From the human T2T-CHM13v2.0 reference genome, Homo sapiens, in assembly GCA_009914755.4 (NCBI GenBank), contig CP086569.2, positions 6,144,001 to 6,208,000 on the forward strand: a DNA stretch of 64,000 nucleotides, in the 5' to 3' direction. Below, piece by piece: positions 54,734 to 64,000 of this stretch. The stretch's first letter is position 1. Each line of letters begins with the position of its first letter. Position numbers and translations under genes: made by a program. The notes beneath the pieces are model-generated. The model did not search any database. It was given only the letters and a program-made list of their open reading frames with translations, and was not told the DNA's origin.

Positions 54734-56824
54734 AACATCAAGTCAGGAGTCAGGAATAAATACCTTATCCTTCCCTCACTCCAGGCTTCTCAAGTTGTAT
54801 GCCCCTAAATGCATTTTCATTCTTGGCAAATACTACTCCAACTATCTAGCACTTCAGAGTGGTAATTAACCTGTTAGTTTGCAATTTAGCAAAAAATAAG
54901 AAACCTATTTCTTAACATTTTCTTTAGGATCATATTTCTAGCTATACCCTGTGTGTCAGTTAATGCTATGTATGGCTATAAAATAGCAGTATTTAACAAA
55001 AATATTTGACCACTGCAGCAAAATTACCTTCTGTAAATGATCCACTGCTACTAAGATTAACTGACAATTTGGAGATTGTACTGGCATTTTGAATTTCATA
55101 CATTCAAGGAAGATTGGAAAGCATCTTCAGATGCCATTGTCTATAATGATAATAGTTAATAATCATATTAACTTCCAAATTTTTCTGTGTTAAAGCAGGT
55201 GTGCAGGTATTGGATGAACAGGTAGGCCACTACTGTGGTTAGAGTTGTAAAAGTTTTGGTGAAATTGCACATGACAACATCTCCACAGAAAATTTAGATT
55301 TTGGCACAGCTAGGAGAGGTGGAAGAAAATGACGTTTTTGTTGTTGTTGTTGTTTTTAATGATTCCCCATCTGGATCTTAAAGGGAGATAGCACAATATT
55401 GTGGAAAGAGGTATTTTTGTAATCTGAAATTAGACTTTAAGAGAAGTTAAGTATTTTGAGACCCAAATTTCAGACATATGAAGTGGGGTCTAAAATATCT
55501 AGTACCTGTATATGTAGTTATAAAGATCATGTAACGATGGATTCTATTTGCCTTGTACTTGTCTGTAAAACAAAGCCATCATTTAATTGTGTTACTTAAC
55601 ATAGCTTCATGTGGGCATTTTTAAGGAACATTTATCTCGTGATAAATAAAATAGTAATATTTGCAGAGAATGGTACTTTCTCCAACATTGATATTGCAGA
55701 ACTCCAGCTGTTCTGTAGAGAAACTGACACGAATTGAAAAAAAAAAGGATGATTGAAGGTTGTTTAGGGGCCAGTCATTATTTACTGAGACTATATAATT
55801 CTCAGAGGGGACACACAACCTGTGAAGAGTTGGATGTGAATGATGAAGAGTCATTGAGAAAAGGCTGCCTGAAGAATCATCCTCTACATTTCTAGCTTGA
55901 AACACAGGGTATTTGGTGCTGTGAATTTCTGAAATAGTGGAATACTGTAGGAGGAAACATGTTTGGAGGATGAAATGAAGATCTGGCTTTGGTATGTGGA
56001 GATGTAAGGCATGCAGTTGGATATGCCAAGTCTGAAGGTCAGAACAAAGATCTGGCCTGAAACTGGGAATTTGTTAATGGTCAGCATAAAAAGGGTGTTT
56101 TAGCCTTGAGAAAACCCAAGAGGATCCATGACTGAGACCTGAACAATGTCACCACCTACAGATTTAGTAAAGATGTCAACAAAATACAGACCAAAGTTCA
56201 TATTAAAATTAATGGGAACAGTCAAACTACTTAGTGAGCGGTATTCAGTCAACTAGCATTTAGCTAGCTATTGGCTAGCAAATTTGGGGGAAAAGTGTAT
56301 AAAGAATCTTTGATTAGGTTTCCAAATATACGAAATAAAAGCCACTCACATGTTAGAAGTCAATATACAAAATTATATTATGTTAATGGTACTATTTAAT
56401 GCTAATAGAGAAAAATGAAAATTATTCTGAATTAAATCAATAGACAATGTATTTTCTATCGTTGTCTTTGTTTTCTTCTCAATTTATTTGTGTGTCATTT
56501 TAACTCACTAAGCAATGACTCCTCTTAATCCCATTACTTTTTATTTAACACTGCATTTGTTTTTCATGTGCGCAATATCATACTGCCCAATAGAGAGGAA
56601 ATGCAGAATTTAGACTATTATATCAGAAACATCTTTGCTTTTCAGATTTGGACTTCTGGAGTGTGGTTAATTTAAGTGTTCTCATCAGGCCTTGATATTT
56701 CAGATTTCCGTAATCACTTCTCCAAAATAAAGTCTGAAGGTGATGACTACAATAAAATTAAAATTATACTGGCTTTTAAGATAATTATGTTTATGTAAAT
56801 GTGACGCCTTTTTTTGGGGGGTGG

Positions 56825-59800
56825 GGTGTCGTAAAATACCAATGTATATGTTATATTCGTAGGTGCCGTAAAATACCGACGTATATGTTATATTCGTCGG
56901 TGTCGTAAAATACCGACGTATCTGTTATAATCGTCGGTGTCGTAAAATACCGATGTATATGTTATATTCTTCCGTGTCGTAAAATACCGACGTATCTGTT
57001 ATATTCGTCAGTGTCGTAAAATACCGACGTATATGTTATATTCGTCGGTGTCGTAAAATACCGACGTATCTGTTATAATCGTCGGTGTCGTAAAATACCG
57101 ACGTATATGTTATAGTCTTCCGTGTCGTAAAATACCGACGTATTTGTTATAATCGTCGGTGTCGAAAAATACCGACGTATATGTTATATTCATCGGTGTC
57201 ATAAAATAACGACGCATATGTTACATTCGTTGGTGTAGTAAAATAACGACGTACATGTTACTTTCGTCGTCGTGAAATACCCACGTATATCTTATATTAG
57301 TTGGTGTCGTGAAATACCGACGTATATATTATATTCGTAGGTGTTGTGAAATACCAACGTATATCTTATATTCGTAGGTGTCGTGAAATTCCATCGTATA
57401 TGTTATATTCGTAGGTGTCGTAAAATACCGACGTATATGTTATATTCACTGGTGTCATAAAATAAGGACGTATATGTTACATTCGTCAGTGTCGTAAAAT
57501 ACCGACGTATATGTTACATTCGTCGTTGTCGTGAAATACCTACGTATATCTTATATTAGTTGGTGTCGTGAAATACCGACGTATATATTATATTCGTAGG
57601 TGTTGTAAAATAACGTCATCTATATTATATTTGTAGGTGTCGTAAAATACCGACGTATATAGTATAGGTGTCGTGAAATACCGACGTATTATATTCGTAG
57701 GTGTCGTGAAATTCCGTCGTATATGTTATATTCGTCGGTGTCATAAAACACCGACGTATATGTTATATTCGTCGGTGTCATAAAATACCGACATATATGT
57801 TATATTCGTCGGTGTCGTAAAATACCGACGTATATAGTATAGGTGTTGTGAAATACCGACGTATATATTATATTCGTAGGTGTCGTGAAATACCAACGTA
57901 TATCTTATATTCGTAGGTGTCGCGAAATTCCGTCGTATATGTTATATTCGTCGGTGTCGTAAAATACCGACGTATATGTTATATTCATCGCTGTTATAAA
58001 ATACCGACCTATATCTTAGATTTGACGGTGTCGTAAAATACCGAAGTATATCTTATATTCGACGGTGTCGTAAAATACCGACGTATATCTTATATTCACT
58101 GGTGTCGTAAAATACTGACGTGTATCTTACATTCGCAGGTGTCATAAAGTACAGGTGTATAACTTATAATTGCAGGTGTCGTAAAATACCGACGTAAATC
58201 TTATATTCGCTTGTGTCATAAAATACCGAAATATATGTTATATTCACAGGTGTCATAAAATACTGATGTATATGTTATATTCGTCGGTGTCGTAAAATAC
58301 CAATGTATATGTTATATTCGTACGTGCCGTAAAATACCGACGTATATGTTATATTCTTCCGTGTCGTAAAATACCGACGTATTTGTTATAATCGTCGGTG
58401 TCGTAAAATACCGACGTATATGTTATATTCGTCGGGGTCATAAAATAACGACGCATATGTTACATTCGTTGGTGTCGTAAAATACCGACGTATATGTTAC
58501 TTTCGTCGTTGTCGTGAAATACCGACGTATATCTTATGTTAGTCGGTGTCGTGAAATACCGACGTATATATTATATTCGTAGGTGTCGTAAAATAACGAC
58601 ATATATATTATATTTGTAGGTGTCGTAAAATACCGACGTATATAGTATAGGTGTCGTGAAATACCAACGTATATCTTATATTCGTAGGTGTTGTGAAATA
58701 CCAACGTATATCTTATATTCGTAGGTGTCGTGAAATTCCATCGTATATGTTATATTCGTCGGTGTCATAAAATACCGACGTATATGTTATATTCGTCAGT
58801 GTCATAAAATAAGGACGTACATGTTGCATTCGTCAGTGTCGTAAAATACCGATGTATATGTTACATTCGTCGTTGTCGTGAAATACCTACGTATATCTTA
58901 TATTAGTTGGTGTCGTGAAATACCGACGTATATATTATATTCGTAGGTGTCGTAAAATAACGTCATATATATTATATTTGTAGGTGTCGTAAAATACCGA
59001 CGTATATAGTATAGGTGTCGTGAAATACCGATGTATATATTATATTCCTAGGTGTCGTAAAATAACGTCATATATATTATATTTGTACGTGTTGTAAAAT
59101 ACCGACGTATATAGTATAGGTGTCGTGAAATACCGACGTATGTATTATATTCGTAGGTGTCGTGAAATTCCGTCGTATATGTTATATTCGTCGGTGTCGT
59201 AAAATACCGACGTATATGTTATATTCGTCGGTGTCGTAAAATACTGACGTATATCTTAGATTCGTCGGTATCATAAAATAAGGACGTATATGTTACATTC
59301 GTCAGTGTCGTAAAATACCGACCTATATGTTACATTCGTCGTTGTTGTGAAATACCGACGTATAACTTATATTAGTTGGTGTCGTGAAATACCGACGTAT
59401 ATATTATATTCGTAGGTGTCGTAAAATAACGGCATATATATTATATTTGTAGGTGTCATAAAATACCGACGTATATAGTATAGGTGTGAAATACCGACGT
59501 ATATATTATATTCGTAGGTGTCGTGAAATACCAACATATATCTTATATTCGTAGGTGTGAAATTCCGTCGTATAAGTTATATTCGTCGGTGTCGTAAAAT
59601 ACCGACGTATATGTTATATTCGTCGGTGTCATAAAATACCGACGTATATCTTAGATTCGTCAGTGTCGTAAAATACCGACGTATATGTTATATTCGTCAC
59701 TGTCGTAAAATACCGACGTATATCTTAGATTCGAGGGTGTCGTAAAATACTGACGTATTTCTTATATTCGACGATGTCGTAAAATACCGACTATATATTA

Positions 59801-61930
59801 TATTTATGGGTGTCATAAAATACCGACTATATATTATATTTGTAGGTGTCATAAAATACCGACTTATACATTATATTCATAGCTGTTGTAAAATACCGAC
59901 GTATATATTATATTTATAGGTGTCATAAAATACCAACGTATATATTATATTTATGGGCATCGTAAAATACCGACGTATATATTATATTTATAGGTATCGT
60001 AAAATACCCACCTATATATTATATTTATAGGTATCGTAAAATACCGACATATATATTATATTTATAGGTATCGTAAAATACTGACGTATATATTATATTT
60101 ATAGTTATCGTAAAAAATCGATGTATATATTATAGGTATCATAAAATACCGACACATATATTATATTTATAGGTATCGTAAAATACTGACGTATACAGTA
60201 TATTTATCGGTATTGTAAAATACCGATGTATATATTATGTTTATAGGTATCGTAAAATAGCGATGTATATATTATAGATATCGTAAAGTACTGACGTATA
60301 TATTATATTTATAGGTATCATAAAATACCAACGTATATATTTATAGATATCGCAAAATACCGACGTACATATTATAGGTATCGTAAAATACCGACATATA
60401 TTTTATATTTATAGGTATCGTAAAATACCGAAATATATATTATATTTATAGGTATCGTAAAATACCGATGTATATATTATATTTATAGGTATCGTAAAAT
60501 ATCGAAGTATATATATTATATTTATAGGTATCGTAAAATACCGACCTATTTATAACATTTATGGGTATCGTAAAATACCGACATATATATTATATTTATA
60601 CGTGTCGTAAAATACCGAAGTATATATTATATTTATAGGTATCATAACATACCGACGTATATATTATATTTGTCGGTGTCGTAAAATACCGACCTTTATA
60701 TTATATTTGTAGGTATCATAAAATACCGACTTATATATTATGTTTATAGGTATCGTAAATTACCGACGTATATATTATATTTATAGGTGTCATAAAATAC
60801 CAACGCATATATTATATTTATCGGTATCGTAAAATACTGACGTATATATTATATTTATGGGTGTCATAAAATACCGACGTATATGTTATATTCGTAGGTG
60901 TTGTAAAATACCGACGTATATGTTATATTCGTCAGTGTCGTCAAATACCGACGTACATGTTATATTCGTCGGTGTCATAAAATAACGACGTATATCTTAT
61001 ATTCGTTGGTGTCATAAAATACCAATGTATATGTTACATTCGTCGGTGTCGTAAAATACCGACATATACGTCATATTCTTTACTGTCGTAAAAATACCGA
61101 CGTATATGTTATATTCGTCGGTGTCGTAAAATACCAACTTATATCTTTTATTCGTCGGTGTTGTGAAATACTGACCTATATCTTATATTCGTAGGTGTCG
61201 TGAAACACCGACGTATATATTATATTCGTATGTGTCGTGAAATACCGACGTATATCTTATATTCATGGGTGTCATCAAATGCCGACATATATATTATATT
61301 CGTAGGTGTTGTAAAATACCGACGTATATATTATATTCGTAGGTGTCGTAAAATAACGACGTATATATTATGTTTGTAGGTGTTGTAAAGTAACGACGTA
61401 TATATTATAGGTGTCGTAAAATACCGACCTACATATTTTATTTATAGGTGTCGTAAAATACCAATGTATATATTATAGGTGTCTTAAAATACTGACGTAT
61501 ATATTATATTTATAGGTGTCATAAAATACCGACGTATATATTATATTTATAGGTATTGTAAAATACCGACGTATTTATTATAGGTATCGTAAAATACTGA
61601 CGTATATATTATATTTATAGGTATCGTAAAATACCTACATATATATTATATTTATAGGTATCGTAAAATACCGACGTATATATTTATAGGTATCGTAAAA
61701 TACCGACATACATATTATAGGTGTCATAAAATACCGACGTATAGATTATATTTGTAGGTGTTGTAAAACACCGATGTGTATATTATATTTATAGGTGTCG
61801 TAAAATAACGACGTATATATTTATAGGTGTCTTTAAATACCGACGTATATATTATATTTATATTTATCGTTAAATACCGACGTATATATTATATTTATAT
61901 TTATCATTAAATATATATTTATATATTTAA
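56825..61930. repeat. 37-bp AT-rich, CpG-containing palindromic minisatellite array (about 138 units, about 5.1 kb)
   Basis: The period was measured directly (cggtgtcg recurs every 37 nt, e.g. 56897 to 56934). Consensus A is GGTGTCGTAAAATACCGACGTATATGTTATATTCGTC (56825 to about 59790 and 60880 to about 61400). Variant B is GGTATCGTAAAATACCGACGTATATATTATATTTATA (59790-60880 and 61400-61930). Each unit has the inverted repeats CGTCGGT…ACCGACG and CGACG…CGTCG. Confidence 0.95.
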
Positions 61931-64000
61931 TAAATGTTTATTGAATTTCATGGAAATTTTACCCAGGCAGATTTGGGCATTCTGTTTTAATGCCAAACAA
62001 ACATGAAACAAACTTACTCCACACAACCCTGATAATAACCAGCCAATATTTTCTTTTTTTTTTCTTTCTTAGCCCATTTATTTGCCCATACATCTGTAAT
62101 AGAGACACACTGTGAGTCAGGTTTACATTTTCCCAGCAAACAGAATCATCAAACAAAAGGATTTTAAAGCTCTGTCTTGCTTGTATATAGGTTGTATTTC
62201 CCTAATTTTGCATATGTTAGCATTTCACCTGTTATCATCTGTGGAGTTCCCTAGATTCTGTTTCCTTCTGAAATCTGATTTCAAAAGAGGAGGAATGTTT
62301 ATAAAATGTTTTATGTGCCATATCTTATATAAATATGAAAACCACATTTTCATATGGGAAAAAAATTATAATTATTATACCTTCCTTACAATTATGTTGC
62401 TCAAAGAAAGTTAATAACTTATCCATATCATTGAGCTTTTCAGTGCCAGAGTTTAGATTTTTATCCAGGTCTGCTTAACTCCAATGCAATTCTCTTTTCT
62501 AAAGCATAAGACCAAACAAAACTATTGTTATCTTATAAAGATTACATTTCCATTGGAAATGTCACATAATAGAAATTAAAATCTAGTATAAAGTAGACCA
62601 CTATAATTCTTTGATTCAAAAATATGAAATGGACTTTTTCCCTCTGTATCAGCCTTCCATGCACCATTTCCCAACATTTTTCATTCTTTTCAAGCTGATA
62701 TTCACAAAACTTTAAGTTAGAATAATGATTGCGAAACAGCATGAAACAAAGAAAGCTAAAAATACCCTAAAAGGTGAATGAATACAGGAAAACACTTTGC
62801 ATAACTTGGTAAGGATGAATTTAAAATAGTTTATATTGCATAACTTTTAAGACAAAAAAACTATTGCAGAATACAATTTTCCTGCACATTACATTGAACA
62901 TTTTATGCCAATTACATTAACATTTTTCCGATTCATGTTTTAGCCTGCAATCATGCACTAGATCTCAGAAAACTCATATGAAAAATAAAACAAAAACAAA
63001 CCAACATGAAATAGACAATTGCTGGTCACAGTGGTAAGATAATAATTTTATGCCATAAGAAAACACAACCAGAATATTTTCCTAGGTAATAAACTGTGTT
63101 TCCTTTTGAAATATTTACTACTAGACACTTAATCTCAATCCAGTTGAAACAACATTTAAAACATCCCAAAGGAGTGCCATACTCTGTTCCAGAGAATTTT
63201 TGTATGTGGCTTCTCTTCGACACCCCTTAGTAATCTATTGCTAGTTTTCTCTCTCTTATCTTCTCTTTTTCCTTGTTTTGTTCAACCTGAAGTGTCTCTC
63301 TTCCCACAGGCTTTAAAACATTTATATTAGTGTTTGTTGGGAGGGAATCTTGTAATGAATACATTATTAATAAATCATTAATAACATTTACTAATGGATC
63401 ATTAATATTTGCTACCTAGATATCTGGCTTTCTTTTTGTGGGTTTCATTTTCCATACTACCATGTGATCATTTAAGTCAAAGATGGAAAATAGATTTCAT
63501 TTTGTGTTCCATATTCATATAGATGGTAGTGGCATGCTACATTGAGATAAGAGTTGGAGATTATGTCTTCTTTAAATGGAGAAAAGTTACATGAACATAG
63601 ATAGTTGGGTGGGTGGCTAGTGATGACAGTGTGCTATGTATTTCCCATTTTGATTGAAAATGTAGTCACTATTGAAAATATTTTCCTGTTGTATTAATTG
63701 AATATGCCCCCAAGATACACCTCTCTGGTCTAGTCATACAAACTGTGAGAAGAATCTAGGATTTCTTGTAACTGCTGTGTTGTCCTAGACTGCAATATAT
63801 TCCATACTAGCATTTATTGAATGCGGACTCTGCATTAGGCACAATTTTAAGTTGTTTACAGGTGTGTTAGTTACTGTTATTATCTTCAATGTGCAGATTA
63901 GGTAACTGAGGAAACGGGGTTAGGTAAAAACACTTCAATTTCCTTCAACATATACTTTCTTTAGATAAAATGTTTTTGAGGCGTATAAGGCTATGGGAGA

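Noticed and set aside
56825-61930. The regular 37-bp repeats with conserved palindromes could be mistaken for a CRISPR array
   Set aside because: The repeats are contiguous with no unique spacers. The context is primate nuclear DNA with Alu, L1 and ERV. It is a minisatellite, not CRISPR.

Overview
This window is primate (human-like) nuclear DNA, not prokaryotic. It is AT-rich, densely filled with Alu and L1 retroelements plus an ERV9-type provirus, and carries two large tandem-repeat arrays. Most six-frame ORFs are artefacts of repeats, so I list no bacterial-style genes, CRISPR arrays or operons.

The main content is:
- **Truncated ERV9/HERV9-like provirus (about 8386-15395, + strand).** It has about 400-bp LTRs and an 18-nt tRNA-Arg-like primer-binding site. 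It retains a Gag matrix start MGNIQ, CCHC zinc knuckles, a protease DTGA motif, an RNase H DSKYA motif and an Env TM immunosuppressive-like motif. A young AluY sits in the 3' LTR with a 13-bp target-site duplication.
- **About 8-kb satellite-like array (about 28100-36250).** The unit is 33 bp in a 66-bp dimer, and both strands stay open as 11/22-residue periodic pseudo-peptides. A young L1 and an LTR-like element are inserted in it.
- **About 5.1-kb CpG-containing, AT-rich minisatellite (56825-61930).** The 37-bp unit is palindromic and can form hairpins. It has two subfamilies and a higher-order periodicity of about 1.3 kb.
- **Three L1 insertions with 5' inversions.** The junction structure matches twin priming.
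- **A small cluster of testis-type genes on the + strand.**
  - A trypsin-like serine-protease(-like) gene or pseudogene spans 37580-43391. Its N-terminal exon is tandemly duplicated and decayed, and the catalytic His and Ser contexts are altered.
  - It is followed by a CpG island and a TSPY-family (NAP domain) exon-1 homolog at 44548-45015, which looks frameshifted or degenerate relative to TSPY1. It is likely a TSPY-like pseudogene.

Microsatellites are also present: (GAAA)n/(GGAA)n of about 340 bp, (TG)n, (GATA)n, (AC)n and AT-rich palindromic repeats. All coordinates are approximate (about ±10 bp for repeat boundaries).
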